Assembly: GCA_963850305.1 (NCBI GenBank)
Contig: CAWKKR010000011.1
Span: 256,001-320,000 of the forward strand
Reading direction: 5' to 3'
Source of the DNA: an uncultured delta proteobacterium
GTDB taxonomy: Bacteria > Myxococcota_A > Polyangia > Polyangiales > Polyangiaceae
Length of the DNA stretch: 64,000 bases
The notes under the pieces are model-generated. The model had not been told where the DNA came from. It made no database searches and worked only from the letters and a program-made list of their open reading frames with translations. The position numbers and the translations under genes are program-made. How positions within the stretch are numbered: position 1 is the first letter of the stretch; each line of letters begins with the position of its first letter. This document shows, one piece after another, positions 19,806 through 30,608 of this stretch.

Positions 19806-20680
19806 CCACGCCCGACGAACCGCGGTCTATCTCGGCCGCCGGGACCGGGACGCTCTTGGTCGTCGCGACGCCCATCGGCAACCTCGGAGACGTCACGCGA
19901 CGGGCGGTGGAGATCCTCGGCACGGCGGACCTGATCGCGGCCGAGGACACGCGCCGAGCGCGGGCGCTCCTGTCACACCTGGGCATCACCGGGAAAAGCC
20001 TGGTGGCGCTCGACGCGAACGCGACGGCGCGCGCGATCGAGGCGGTCGTGGCGCGACTTCGCGACGGCGCGCGCGTCGCGTTCGTCACCGACGCGGGCAC
20101 GCCGAGCGTGAGCGATCCGGGAACGCGCCTGGTGCGAGCCGCCGCGGACGCCGGCGCGAACGTCCTCGCCATCCCCGGTCCGAGCGCCGTCACGGCAGCC
20201 GTCGCCGTGTCGGGCTTCGTCGAGGGGCCATTTCTGTTCCTCGGCTTTCTCGCGCGGCACGGCGAGAAGAGGAAGCGCGCCATCCGGAGGATCTTGCGCT
20301 CGCCGGAGCCCGTCGTGCTGTTCGAAGCACCGACGCGGGTCCGCGAAACGCTCGCGGACCTCGCGAGCGTGATGCCAGAGCGCGCCGCGTGCATCGCGCG
20401 CGAGCTGACGAAGCTGCACGAAGAAGCACTGCGGGGCACGCTCGCAGCTCTCGCGGCCGAGCCGCTGACCGAGCGCGGCGAGTTCACGATCGTCGTGGAC
20501 GGCGCGGGCGACGTCGTGGACGACGAAGGTATCGACGTGGACGCGCTCGTGTCGGAGCGTCTGGAAGCGGGCGATCCCCCGCGCACCGTCGCGGACGACG
20601 TCGCGACGATCACGGGGCGGCCGCGGCGCGAAATCTACGCGCGCGTGCTCGAGCTCCGCCGCCGTCGTGACGAGGGCTGA
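19802..20680 (+). CDS. rsmI: 16S rRNA C1402 2'-O-methyltransferase (start CTG 19802 or TTG 19856)
   Basis: [42 protein letters not shown]. Confidence 0.92.
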   Translation: MTTPDEPRSISAAGTGTLLVVATPIGNLGDVTRRAVEILGTADLIAAEDTRRARALLSHLGITGKSLVALDANATARAIEAVVARLRDGARVAFVTDAGTPSVSDPGTRLVRAAADAGANVLAIPGPSAVTAAVAVSGFVEGPFLFLGFLARHGEKRKRAIRRILRSPEPVVLFEAPTRVRETLADLASVMPERAACIARELTKLHEEALRGTLAALAAEPLTERGEFTIVVDGAGDVVDDEGIDVDALVSERLEAGDPPRTVADDVATITGRPRREIYARVLELRRRRDEG

Positions 20681-21174
20681 GCGTCTCGCGACGCGGAAGA
20701 CGGCGCGCGGCCCGCCAGACGCAGCCGCTCCTTGCGGCGCTTCGCCGCGGCCGCGTGTCGGCGCCTGTCCTCGGCCGTCTTCGGAACGAGGGCTGGAACC
20801 GAGCGCGGCGCGCCATCCGCGTCGGTCGCCACGAACGTCAGGTACGCCTTCGTCGTGTAGCGACGCTCGCCAGTACGCGGGTCCTCCGTCTCCACGCGAC
20901 ACCCGACCTCCATGCTCGTGCGCCCCGCGTAGTTCACCTGCGCCTGGAGCACCACGACGTCCCCAACGTGAATGGGGACGAGGAAATCAAGTCGGTCGAT
21001 CGACGCGGTGACGGCGCTGCCGGAGCAATGTCGCATCGCGGCCACGGCTCCGCAGACGTCGATCCACTGCACCAGCACGCCGCCGAAGAGAACGCCCCCG
21101 ACGCCGTTCGTGTGTGTGGGCATGACGATCTGGGTCATCTCGACCCGGGAGGCAGCGGGAGTACGCGAGGGCAT
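20635..21174 (-). CDS. Acyl-CoA thioesterase (hotdog fold)
   Basis: [30 protein letters not shown]. Confidence 0.88.
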   Translation of the reverse strand: MPSRTPAASRVEMTQIVMPTHTNGVGGVLFGGVLVQWIDVCGAVAAMRHCSGSAVTASIDRLDFLVPIHVGDVVVLQAQVNYAGRTSMEVGCRVETEDPRTGERRYTTKAYLTFVATDADGAPRSVPALVPKTAEDRRRHAAAAKRRKERLRLAGRAPSSASRDAQPSSRRRRSSSTRA

Positions 21175-21291
21175 GGAGCGCGGATTGTAGCGTGAACCAA
21201 GGCCGAGCGATGCCTTGCACTCGCGCCCGATCATCATCGAGCCTCTGAAAGGCGCCGCGTGATACGCTCTGCCGAACGGGAGGATGAGGCG

Positions 21292-21975
21292 ATGACCAAG
21301 CGGTTTCGTGGGGCTGTCTTCGGTGCGGAGGCTTCTTGCGCCATACTGGCGCTCGTGGCGGTTGCGTGCGGCGGTGAGAACAACGGCAGCGGAAGCGCGT
21401 CGTGTCCGGCCGTCACCGCGTGTGGCGGCGACCTGGTGGGCGTCTGGAACATCCAATCCATGTGCGCGAGGATCCCTCTCACAGCGCTGGACGCTGACGG
21501 GGGTGCCGGCACCGGCTTGCCCGCGGCCTGCAACGACGCCCTCCAGGGTGCCCTGGACCAGGACGCCGTCACACCGACCGGCGCCACGATCGAGTTCACG
21601 AGCGACGGCCAGTACACCGAGAGCGGTACGATCGCGATATCGTTCCCCGTCGACTACTCGGCGGAGTGCCTGGCGGCGCTCGGCGGTCCCCCGGCGTCGA
21701 GCTCCACTTGCGACCAGATCGCGGCGAGCTTCGGCGCGAGCCAACCAGGCGCGAGCGGCACGTGTACGCTCGCGTCCGGCGGATGTCGGTGCTCCGCCAG
21801 CATGCCCAGTGCCTTCGACGCCACGGGCCCCTACCAGACCGAAGGAACGACCCTGACTTTCGATGGTACGCCACCCGGTGGCCCCTACTGCGTCCAAGGC
21901 AACACCGCGACGATCACGGCAGACGAGGACGGCACGACCGGAAGCCTGAGCTTGACTCGAGCCTCCACCAATTGA
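21292..21975 (+). CDS. Cys-rich lipoprotein
   Basis: Lipobox [21 protein letters not shown]. Confidence 0.75.
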   Translation: MTKRFRGAVFGAEASCAILALVAVACGGENNGSGSASCPAVTACGGDLVGVWNIQSMCARIPLTALDADGGAGTGLPAACNDALQGALDQDAVTPTGATIEFTSDGQYTESGTIAISFPVDYSAECLAALGGPPASSSTCDQIAASFGASQPGASGTCTLASGGCRCSASMPSAFDATGPYQTEGTTLTFDGTPPGGPYCVQGNTATITADEDGTTGSLSLTRASTN

Positions 21976-22043
21976 CGGCTCTCCTGCCGCTCGGGCGACC
22001 AGGCTTCAACTGCGAAGACTGCCTGTGCTAAGAGCGGGGCCCC

Positions 22044-23674
22044 GTGTTCGACGCGCTCAAAAAGGGGTTCCGCGAAGCTCAGAACCGGCTCTCCGGGCTG
22101 ACCGACCTGGACGAGAAGAATATCCAGCCGGCGCTCCGCGAGGTCCGGCTCTCGCTGCTGGAGGCGGACGTCGAGCTCGGCGTCGTGAAGCGCTTCCTCG
22201 CCCGGGTCGAGGAGAAGGCCGTCGGGCGCACCGTGCAGACCACCGTGAAGCACGCGGGCGAGAAGGTGCGCGTGGCCGCGGGCGACCAGTTCGTGAAGAT
22301 CTGCCACGACGAGCTCGTCGGCATGATGAACCACGAGGGCGACGCCATCCGCTTCGCGGAGAAGCGCGAGCGCACGGGGATCATGATGGTCGGGCTCCAG
22401 GGCTCGGGCAAGACGACGACGTGCGCGAAGCTCGCTCGACTCCTGTCGAAAGAAGGCAAGAAGCCGCTGCTCGTCGCCGCCGACATGCAGCGCCCCGCGG
22501 CGGTCGAGCAGCTCAAGATCCTCGGCGAGCAGATCGACGTGCCGGTGTTCAACGTCGCGGGCGCGTCGCCGCTCGACATCTGCCGGGCCGCGGACGAAGA
22601 AGCGAAGCGGCTCGGCCGCGACGTCATCGTGTACGACACGGCGGGCCGCCTCGCGATCGACGAGCCTCTGATGCAGGAGCTCGGCGACATCAAGGGCATC
22701 GCCGAGCCCGAGAATATCTTCCTCGTCGATCGACGCGATGATCGGCCAGGACGCCGTGAAGACGGCCGCGTCGTTCAACGAACGGCTCGGCATCACCGGC
22801 GTCGTGCTCACGAAGCTCGACGGCGACGCGCGCGGCGGCGCGGCGCTCAGCGTGAAGGAAGTGACGGGCGCGCCGATACTGTTCTCCGGCGTGGGCGAAG
22901 GGACGGACAAGCTCGAGGAGTTCCGCGCGGAGGGGATGGCGGGACGCATCCTCGGCATGGGCGACGTCGTCGGCCTGATGAAGGACTTCGAGGGCGTCGT
23001 CGATCAGAAGAAGGCGGAAGCCGACGCGAAGCGGATGATGTCGGGCGAATTCTCGCTCGACGACTTCCTGCAGCAGGTTCCGCACGATCAAGCAGATGGG
23101 CTCGCTGAAGGATCTCGTGGAGCGCATCCCGGGCCTCGGCGGCATGATGCCCCCCGGCGTCGACCTGGACGACAAGGAGCTCGTCCGGATCGAGGCGATG
23201 ATCCAGTCGATGACGTTCGAGGAGAAGAACGACCCGAACGCGCTCGTGCGAGAGCCGGGCCGCGTGAAGCGCATCGCGCGCGGCTCGGGCACGCCGGAAC
23301 AGGCCGTCTCCGAGCTCGTCCAGAAGTTCCTCTTCATGAAGCAGATGATGGGCGGGCTGGGCGGGGACATGGGCATGCTCGGGAAGATCCCGGGCATGAA
23401 GAACCTGGCGATGGCCCGCAACGTCCGGCGCGCCATGAAGAACGGGAAGATGCCCCCTGGATTCCCTGGCGCGGGAGCACCCGGAATGCCGGGGTTTCCG
23501 GGGGGGGGAATGCCCGGAATGGGGATGCCGGGCTTCCCGGGCATGCCCGGCTTCGGCGGGGACGGCGGCGCGGTCGCTCCGCGCATGCGGCAGCTCTCGC
23601 AAGCCGAGAAAAATGCGCGAAAAAACCAGCGCAAGCGCGAGCGTGACTCGCGTAAAAAGAACCGAGGAAAATGA
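22044..23674 (+). CDS. ffh: Signal recognition particle protein, frameshifts near 22728 and 23080
   Basis: LLEADV, GLQGSGKTTT, DTAGR / GQDA, TKLDGDARGG / MGSL..IPG, SMT..E, RIARGSG across three frames. Confidence 0.92.
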
Positions 23675-24270
23675 CGAACCGCCCCCCTCGCTCGGCAGTC
23701 CTGGTCTCGGCGCTCGCGCTAGCGTCGCTGCTCGGTTGTGCGCCTGCGACGACGAAACCTTCGGAGGCGGCCGCGGCCCTCGCACCGTTCGCGCACGACG
23801 CGGTGACGGCGGCGCACGCGATACGCATCGATTTCGGGAGCAAGATCGAGCTCGTCGGCTACGACGTGACGCCGGAGGGCACGGCCGGGCCCGGCGCGTC
23901 GGCACACCTGACGCTCTACTGGCGCCGGACGGGGAACCTCGATCCGGGCTGGCAGCTCTTCACGCATCTCGAGAACGATCGGAACCAGAACATCGCCAAT
24001 CTGGATCGCATGGGCGAATTTCGCGGCGCCCTCGCCGACAAGCCCGAGGGCGTCGAACTCCTCGAGCTCGGCAAGATCTACACGGACGAGCAAACCTTCC
24101 CGATGCCGAAGGCGGAGGATCTGACGCCCCAGGTGTCGGTCGTCGTCGGCGTGTGGAATAACGACATGCGCTTGCCGGTTGTCAGCGGGCCGACGAACGG
24201 GGAAGCCGCCGGGCTCGTCACCCATTTCGTCACGGGAGTGCCCGCGCGACGCGCCCGGGCCGGCAGCTAA
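23671..24270 (+). CDS. Lipoprotein of unknown function
   Basis: Lipobox LLGC; domain shared with the downstream gene (KIELVG..LTLYWR..PGWQLFTH). Confidence 0.75.
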   Translation: MTNRPPRSAVLVSALALASLLGCAPATTKPSEAAAALAPFAHDAVTAAHAIRIDFGSKIELVGYDVTPEGTAGPGASAHLTLYWRRTGNLDPGWQLFTHLENDRNQNIANLDRMGEFRGALADKPEGVELLELGKIYTDEQTFPMPKAEDLTPQVSVVVGVWNNDMRLPVVSGPTNGEAAGLVTHFVTGVPARRARAGS

Positions 24271-24295
24271 GCTCTTTCATTCTTCGGAGGAAATC

Positions 24296-25759
24296 ATGCG
24301 ACGAGGGATTCTTGGTTTCTGGTTGGTCCTGTGCCCCGCCGTGCTCGCGGGCGCGTGCGTCGGCGGCTCGAAGGAAGAGGCGCCGGTGGATGAAACCCAG
24401 GCGCTGAAGCAGTTCGTCCTGGACAAGGAGCCGGCGGACATCACCAAGGTCGGCATCAACTACGACAACAAGATCACGCTCGTCGGCGCGCGCCTGGAAC
24501 CGAGCACGCCGGTCCACCCCGGCGATCACGTCAAGCTCACGATGTACTGGCGCGTCGACAAAGAGCTCGGCGACCCGGGATGGAAGCTCTTCACGCACGT
24601 CATGGACGGCGCGGGCGAGCGCATCCTGAACATCGACAACGTCGGCCCGCTGCGACGGTACGTCGGAAGCGAGCAGGCCCTCGGCCCGAGCGCCTGGAAG
24701 AAGGGCAAGGTCTACGTCGACGAACAGGACTTCGTCGTGCCCCGCAAGGTAAAGACCGCCACCATCACGGCCACGGTCGGCATCTGGAAAGCCGATGACC
24801 GCTTGCCCATCGTCGCGGGCCCGCACGAAAGAGACAACCGGGGCATCGCGGCCACGATCCAGGTCACGGGCATCGGCGCGGCCTCCGCGACCCCCGCGGC
24901 GGCGCGCGTCCCCGAGCTTCGCGTGGACAAGCTCGAGCACGGCGTGAAGATCAATATCGACGGCAAGCTCGACGACGAAGCGTGGAGAACCGCGCCGTCG
25001 ACGGGCCCGTTCGTGGATGTCAGAACGGGACGCCCGAACCCTCCCGGAGCGCCGCTCGGCGGAACGGCGAAGGTGCTCTGGGACGACACGTCGCTCTACG
25101 TCGGCATCCAGGTGAGGGACGGAGACGTCATCGGCGGCTTCAAGAAAGACGAGAAGGACCCGCACCTCTGGACCAAGGACACCGTCGAGATCATGGTCGA
25201 CCCCGACGGCGACGGGGACAACAAGGACTACTACGAGATCCAGATCAACCCGCAGAACCTCGTGTTCGATTCCGAGTTCGACTCGTACAACACGCCGAGG
25301 ACGGAGCCCGACGGCCCGTACGGCCACCAGGAATGGTCGGCGAAATTGAAGAGCGCCGTCACCATCCAGGGCACCATCGACAAGAGCGACGACCACGACG
25401 ACGGCTACATCGTGGAGGCCGCCATTCCGTGGAAGTCGTTCTCGAAGGCGAAGAAGACCCCGCCCGACGTCGGCGACTCGTGGCGGATGAACCTCTACGC
25501 GATGAAGAACAATGGCGGCGTCGCGTGGTCGCCCATCCTCGGACAAGGGAACTTCCACCGCGCGTCCCGGTTCGGTCGCATCACGTGGGCCATCAAGGGC
25601 TGGACGCCCCCTGTGCCCAAGGCAGCACCGTCAGCGAGCGCGGCCCCCACGGCGAGCGCGGCGCCCCCGGCAAGCGCGGCCCCCGCGGCGAGCAGCGAAA
25701 AGCACCATCTGCCGACGATGAAACCGCCGACCATCGTCAAGGCTCCTGCGCCGCACTGA
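24296..25759 (+). CDS. Lipoprotein with CBM9-like (DOMON) sugar-binding domain
   Basis: GGAGG RBS; LAGAC; IDGKLDDEAW, LWDDTSLYV, DTVEIMVDP, YYEIQINP, VEAAIPW. Confidence 0.82.
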   Translation: MRRGILGFWLVLCPAVLAGACVGGSKEEAPVDETQALKQFVLDKEPADITKVGINYDNKITLVGARLEPSTPVHPGDHVKLTMYWRVDKELGDPGWKLFTHVMDGAGERILNIDNVGPLRRYVGSEQALGPSAWKKGKVYVDEQDFVVPRKVKTATITATVGIWKADDRLPIVAGPHERDNRGIAATIQVTGIGAASATPAAARVPELRVDKLEHGVKINIDGKLDDEAWRTAPSTGPFVDVRTGRPNPPGAPLGGTAKVLWDDTSLYVGIQVRDGDVIGGFKKDEKDPHLWTKDTVEIMVDPDGDGDNKDYYEIQINPQNLVFDSEFDSYNTPRTEPDGPYGHQEWSAKLKSAVTIQGTIDKSDDHDDGYIVEAAIPWKSFSKAKKTPPDVGDSWRMNLYAMKNNGGVAWSPILGQGNFHRASRFGRITWAIKGWTPPVPKAAPSASAAPTASAAPPASAAPAASSEKHHLPTMKPPTIVKAPAPH

Positions 25760-25925
25760 ATCGGGCGCGGCTTCAGACCGTGACGTCGCGACGTCATGCG
25801 CTCCGGCGCGCTGCAGCGCGGCCACCGCGCCTGCGCGCCGTGGGGACGGCCAGAGATTTTCACGGGACGCCGGGAAGGGCAGAACTCGGGTAGTCTCGGG
25901 CGTGATGCGGGGTCTCCAGCGCGGC

Positions 25926-26339
25926 TCAGAGCCCGTAGCGGCTGCGCACGACGGCTTCGGCGTCGGCGCAGCGGCGCGCGAGCTCGGCGGAGCGATGCAG
26001 CTTCGCCTCGGTCTCGGCAAGGAGGGCGGCGGCGCGGGGCGCAGGCGCGCGGGCGTCCGCGGTCGCTCGGCGCACGGCGCCGAGCTCGTCCTCGATCTCG
26101 ACCAGGAGCGTGTAGGCGTCGGTGCACGTCTTCTTCAAGGCGCAGAGATCGCTCCCGGAGCACTCGAGGCCCTTCAGGGCCTCGAGGAAGGGGCGCTTGC
26201 CGTCGTGCGGCGCCCAGCGAAGCGCCTCCGTGGCGTGTGTCACTCGTCCGGCTTCGCCCCGGCGCGCTTCAGCCCGTTCCCCGTGACAAGCGACGCTCGA
26301 CAAAACCGCAGCGACAAACAAAATCCCGGCTGGTCTCAT
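25926..26339 (-). CDS. Hypothetical lipoprotein
   Basis: Signal peptide with VAC; helical protein with several Cys. Confidence 0.6.
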   Translation of the reverse strand: MRPAGILFVAAVLSSVACHGERAEARRGEAGRVTHATEALRWAPHDGKRPFLEALKGLECSGSDLCALKKTCTDAYTLLVEIEDELGAVRRATADARAPAPRAAALLAETEAKLHRSAELARRCADAEAVVRSRYGL

Positions 26340-26426
26340 TTTTCTCGAGAGCGGTGCGACGGGATGGGCTCCGGTGCCCCTCCCTTCGCAACGAGTTGCC
26401 GGCTTGCCGCTCGTGAAGACCGGTCT

Positions 26427-26963
26427 TCAGTCGGCCTGCTTGGGCACAGGGCCGAGCTGGATCCGCTCACCCACGTAGGAGCCGATCAACGTGAAGAGGA
26501 CCCCGAGCGCGGACATGAGGACGTACATGAATGCGGGCATCGCCTTCACGGTCTGGCTCTGGAACAGAAGAAACGCCGTCGGCATCGCGACCAGGAACGT
26601 TGCCACGACGGGCTCGATGAACGTGCGACCGGGCGAGATCAGGCCGACCAGCATGCCCGCGAGGAACCAGACCGGAATCGAGACGAGCATCCCGGCGGAG
26701 CCTTCGAAGTCGAACACCGGAAGCACCATCGGAAGGCCCATGATGATCGCCGCGGTGAGCACGCCCACGATCACGACGGAAATGCCGAACCAGGTCGGAC
26801 TGAAACCCTCTTGCTGGTATCGGCGCTCGAGCTCCTCCTGCCGCGACAGGACGCGCTTCAGGTCCTCGATTTTCGCGCCGCAGGACACGCAGCGGTTGTT
26901 CTGGAGTGGCAACCCGTTCTTGAAGCCACAAGACGGGCAGACGACTTGCTTCGGCTGGACCAT
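26427..26963 (-). CDS. Zinc-ribbon membrane protein
   Basis: CPSCG...CVSCG followed by four TM helices. Confidence 0.75.
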   Translation of the reverse strand: MVQPKQVVCPSCGFKNGLPLQNNRCVSCGAKIEDLKRVLSRQEELERRYQQEGFSPTWFGISVVIVGVLTAAIIMGLPMVLPVFDFEGSAGMLVSIPVWFLAGMLVGLISPGRTFIEPVVATFLVAMPTAFLLFQSQTVKAMPAFMYVLMSALGVLFTLIGSYVGERIQLGPVPKQAD

Positions 26964-27068
26964 GGGTACGGTGCGAGCCTACCAAGCTTTCCGCCGATAC
27001 CCCAATCCCTCGCCCGGGCCCGCCTTTATCCCGGGAACCCGGGGGGGCCGGCTAGTGTCTGAATCGAC

Positions 27069-27737
27069 GTGCCCCGGCCAGCGTCTCTCTCGCCCACGGA
27101 CCCGGACCCCACGGGAAACATCGATCCCGAGCTGGATGCGCTGCCCACGCCGCGACGTCCCTGGCGCCGCGCGACCCTCGTCCTGATGGGGCTGACCGCG
27201 GTCGCCGCCACGATGGTCGGAGCGGGACTCCTGCCGCTCGCGCGTTACGCAATCGAAGCGGGGCCTCCCCGGGACGTCGGAGACCTCACGCATGTTCAGC
27301 TCGGCCGGAGCTCGGCGAACCGCTGGGTTCACGCGGTCGGGCCGCTCGCCGCCCGCGGAGTCGAGTACCAGCGCCCGCTCGATTCGGACCGCTACCGGCT
27401 GGTGCAATCCGCTGACAACCCGCGGGTGTGGGTCGAGCTGCGCATCCCGAAGGACATCGAGCCGGAATACTACGTGGCGCCCAATTCCTTCGTCGGGAGA
27501 CTCGTCCCCCTCGAGAATGCCGGGCTTCGTTACGGCGCGGTCGCCGACGCCGCGGAGACGATCCTCGGACATGCGCTGCCGTCCGGAACCTGGGTCCTCA
27601 TCGACGGCGAGTCGCCCGCGACGACGCGCTGGTCGGTGGCGTTCGTGGCGCTCTTCGCCGCGTTCGCGGCGTTCAACATCTGGGGAATCGGCCGGCTCCT
27701 GCTCCCGGTGAACGAGGGTAAGCTGCCGGCGCGATGA
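27069..27737 (+). CDS. Hypothetical membrane-anchored protein
   Basis: Two TM helices; ATGA overlap with thiO. Confidence 0.7.
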   Translation: MPRPASLSPTDPDPTGNIDPELDALPTPRRPWRRATLVLMGLTAVAATMVGAGLLPLARYAIEAGPPRDVGDLTHVQLGRSSANRWVHAVGPLAARGVEYQRPLDSDRYRLVQSADNPRVWVELRIPKDIEPEYYVAPNSFVGRLVPLENAGLRYGAVADAAETILGHALPSGTWVLIDGESPATTRWSVAFVALFAAFAAFNIWGIGRLLLPVNEGKLPAR

Positions 27738-28882
27738 CTGCCGCGTCGGTCCCGAAGACACGCGTGGTGCACGCAGACGTCGTCGTGATCGGCGGCGGCG
27801 TGATGGGTTCCGCGTGCGCGTGGAAGCTCGCGCAGGCGGGTCGTCGCGTGGTCGTGCTCGAAAAGAGCGTCCCGGGAGCGGAAGCCTCGAGCGCGGCCGC
27901 CGGCATCCTCGGCGCGCTCGCGGAGGCGCACGGTCCTGGCGCCATGTCGGATCTCTTGCTCGCCTCTCGGCGTCGCTACGACGACTGGGCGCGGGAGCTC
28001 CGGCAGATTACCGGAATGGACGTCGAGTTCGTCGCCTCCGGTGTGCTGCGCGTCGGGCTGGATGCGCCCGCTGCGGCTCGCGCCGCAAATGACGTCGCGT
28101 GGATGGAGGGCACGGGCCGAACCGTGGAGCGCCTCGGCGCGGACGCGGTCCGGAGACTCGAGCCAGCGCTCGCGCCGACGGCGGGAGGCGTGCGATTTCC
28201 GGACGACGCGCGAGTGGACCCGAAGGCTCTGTTTCGCGCCGTTCACGTCGCGGCGCTCCGCGCTGGCGCACGGTTCGAAACCGGAGCGTACGTGCGACGC
28301 ATTCTGGTGGAGGAAGAGACCGCGCGCGGCGTCGCGGTCGAGGGCGGCACCGAGTACCTGGCGCCAACGGTCGTGGTCGCGGCGGGTAGCTGGTCCACGA
28401 TCGTCACGGGGACTCCCGTCGCGGAACACGCGGTGGTACCCGCGCGCGGACAGATCGTGGAGCTCGACATGCCGGCGCCGCCGTTCACGCACGTGGTCAT
28501 GGGACCGAGGTGCTACCTCGTCCCGCGGAACGACGGGCGGGTGCTCGTGGGCTCGACGCTGGAGTTCGTCGGCTACCGCCGCGAAGTCACCGCGCGCGCC
28601 GTTCGCGATCTGCTCGACGCGGCGATCGAGCTCGCGCCGTCGCTCGGCGAGGCGGCGCTCCGGGCGAGCTGGTCCAACTTTCGTCCGTACACCGAGGACG
28701 AGCTTCCGCTCGTCGGCTCGTGCCGGGTTCGCGGCTTGCTGCTCGCGACGGGTCACTACAGAAACGGCATCTTGCTCGCGCCGATCACCGCCGAGATAAT
28801 CCGGGCCCTCGCCCTCGGCGACGAGCCCCCCGTCGACGTGACGCCGTTCGAAGCCTCGCGGCTTCCGGGGTCCGTGAGCTAG
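27734..28882 (+). CDS. thiO: Glycine oxidase
   Basis: IGGGVMG, ASSAAAGIL, YLVPR, FRPY, GHYRNGILLAP. Confidence 0.85.
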   Translation: MTAASVPKTRVVHADVVVIGGGVMGSACAWKLAQAGRRVVVLEKSVPGAEASSAAAGILGALAEAHGPGAMSDLLLASRRRYDDWARELRQITGMDVEFVASGVLRVGLDAPAAARAANDVAWMEGTGRTVERLGADAVRRLEPALAPTAGGVRFPDDARVDPKALFRAVHVAALRAGARFETGAYVRRILVEEETARGVAVEGGTEYLAPTVVVAAGSWSTIVTGTPVAEHAVVPARGQIVELDMPAPPFTHVVMGPRCYLVPRNDGRVLVGSTLEFVGYRREVTARAVRDLLDAAIELAPSLGEAALRASWSNFRPYTEDELPLVGSCRVRGLLLATGHYRNGILLAPITAEIIRALALGDEPPVDVTPFEASRLPGSVS

Positions 28883-28931
28883 ACTCGCGATTGTCGATTC
28901 CGCACGCCGGGGTTCCGGAATAAAGAGCGCC

Positions 28932-29972
28932 ATGGCCATCACCTATCGAGCCGCCGGAGTGGACATCGACAAAGGCGATGCGCTCGTCGAAAGGATCAAG
29001 CCGATCGCGCGCGGCACGTACACGGACGCCGTGGTGGACGGCGTCGGCGGGTTCGCGGCTCTGACGGCGCTCCCCACCGACATCGACGATCCATTGCTCG
29101 TGAGCGGCACGGATGGGGTCGGCACGAAGCTCAAGGTGGCGTTCGCGACGGGGCGTCACGATACGATCGGTCAGGATCTCGTCGCCATGTGCGTGAACGA
29201 CGTCGTCACCACGGGCGCGCGCCCGCTCTTTTTTCTCGACTACTTCGCGTGCGGCAAGCTCGATGTGGACGTCGCGGAGCGCGTCGTTGCCGGCATCGCC
29301 CGGGGCTGCAAGCTCGCCGGCTGCGCGCTCCAGGGCGGCGAAACCGCGGAGCTCCCCGGGATGTACCCGGAGGGAGAGTACGATCTCGCCGGCTTCGCGG
29401 TTGGTGTGGTCAGCCGCCGACGTCTTCTCGGCAAGCAGCGGGTCTTGCCGGGAGACGCGCTCCTCGCCATCGCATCGAGCGGCCTGCACTCCAACGGGTA
29501 TTCGCTCGCGCGACGCGTGCTCGAAAAGGAGATGGGGTTGCCCCTGCAAGCACGCGTGCCGGAGCTCGGGCGGACCGTGGCCGACGAACTGCTCGTCCCG
29601 ACCAGGATCTACGCGAAAGCGGTCGGCGAGCTTTCCGCCGCCGTCGGCGAGCGGCTGCACGCGCTCTGTCACGTGACGGGCGGCGGCATCGTCGGAAATC
29701 TGCCCCGCGTGCTCCCCGAGGGCACGGTCGCGCGTGTCCGCCTGTCGCACGCGCGTCCCGCCATCTTCGGGCTCATCGCGAAGGGCGGGCCCGTGGACGA
29801 AACGGAGATGCTACGCACCTTCAACCTCGGAATCGGCATGGTCGCAGTGGTGGGCTCTGACGCGGTCGACGGCGCGCTCGGTGCGCTCCGCGCCGCGGGC
29901 GAGACCGCGTGGCGTCTCGGCGAAATCGGAGCCACGGCGGAACCGGAGCCGAGCGTGGAAGTCGTGGATTAG
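28932..29972 (+). CDS. purM: AIR synthetase
   Basis: YRAAGVDI, TDGVGTK, GGETAE, GLHSNGYSL, HVTGGG, TFNLGIGM. Confidence 0.96.
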   Translation: MAITYRAAGVDIDKGDALVERIKPIARGTYTDAVVDGVGGFAALTALPTDIDDPLLVSGTDGVGTKLKVAFATGRHDTIGQDLVAMCVNDVVTTGARPLFFLDYFACGKLDVDVAERVVAGIARGCKLAGCALQGGETAELPGMYPEGEYDLAGFAVGVVSRRRLLGKQRVLPGDALLAIASSGLHSNGYSLARRVLEKEMGLPLQARVPELGRTVADELLVPTRIYAKAVGELSAAVGERLHALCHVTGGGIVGNLPRVLPEGTVARVRLSHARPAIFGLIAKGGPVDETEMLRTFNLGIGMVAVVGSDAVDGALGALRAAGETAWRLGEIGATAEPEPSVEVVD

Positions 29973-29975
29973 CGC

Positions 29976-30608
29976 ATGGGCACGCTCTCGCTAGGCGTCC
30001 TCGTTTCCGGTTCGGGTACGAACCTCCAGGCGGTCCTCGACGCGGTACGCGACGGCAGGCTCGACGCGACCGTTCGCGTGGTCGTATCGAACAAGCCCGA
30101 AGCACCCGCGCTGTCCAGGGCCGCCGCTGCGGGCGTTCCGACGCGCACGATCTCGCATCGCGATTACGCGACGCGGGAAGCCTTCGACGGCGCGCTCGCC
30201 GCCACCCTACGCGAAGCGTCCGTCGGGTGGGTCGTGCTCGCCGGCTTCATGCGAGTGCTCACGCCCGTGATGCTCTCCGCGTTCCCCGACCGGATCGTCA
30301 ACATCCATCCTGCACTGTTACCCGCGTTCCCGGGGGTCGACGCGCAACGCCAGGCGCTCGAGTACGGAGTGAAGGTGAGCGGGTGCACGGTCCACCTCGT
30401 CGACGAAGGAACGGACACGGGACCGATCGTGTTGCAGCGTACGGTCCCGGTCCTCGACGCCGACGACGCTCACTCGCTCGGGGCGCGGATCCTCGCGGAA
30501 GAGCACATCGCGCTCGTGGAGGCGCTCTCGGCGATCGCCGGCGGTCGTCTCGAAATCCTTGCCGGCGAAGGCAACGCGCGGCGCCGCGCGCGGATCCTGC
30601 CGCCATGA
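29976..30608 (+). CDS. purN: Phosphoribosylglycinamide formyltransferase
   Basis: SGSGTNLQA, LAGFMR, NIHPALLP, GCTVH, DTGPI. Confidence 0.96.
   Translation: MGTLSLGVLVSGSGTNLQAVLDAVRDGRLDATVRVVVSNKPEAPALSRAAAAGVPTRTISHRDYATREAFDGALAATLREASVGWVVLAGFMRVLTPVMLSAFPDRIVNIHPALLPAFPGVDAQRQALEYGVKVSGCTVHLVDEGTDTGPIVLQRTVPVLDADDAHSLGARILAEEHIALVEALSAIAGGRLEILAGEGNARRRARILPP

Noticed and set aside
23450..23570. PGMPGF repeats and a poly-G run in ffh as a phase-variation site
   Set aside because: The frame is intact through the run, and Gly/Met/Pro-rich tails are usual for Ffh.
22044..23674. ffh pseudogene or programmed frameshifting
   Set aside because: Ffh is normally essential, there are no slippery sites at the breaks, and similar +1 indels occur throughout the window, so sequencing error is more likely.
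25781..25820. Short palindromes TGACGTCGCGACGTCA and CGCGCTGCAGCGCG between convergent genes
   Set aside because: Could aid termination, but short GC-rich palindromes are common here and nothing else supports a function.
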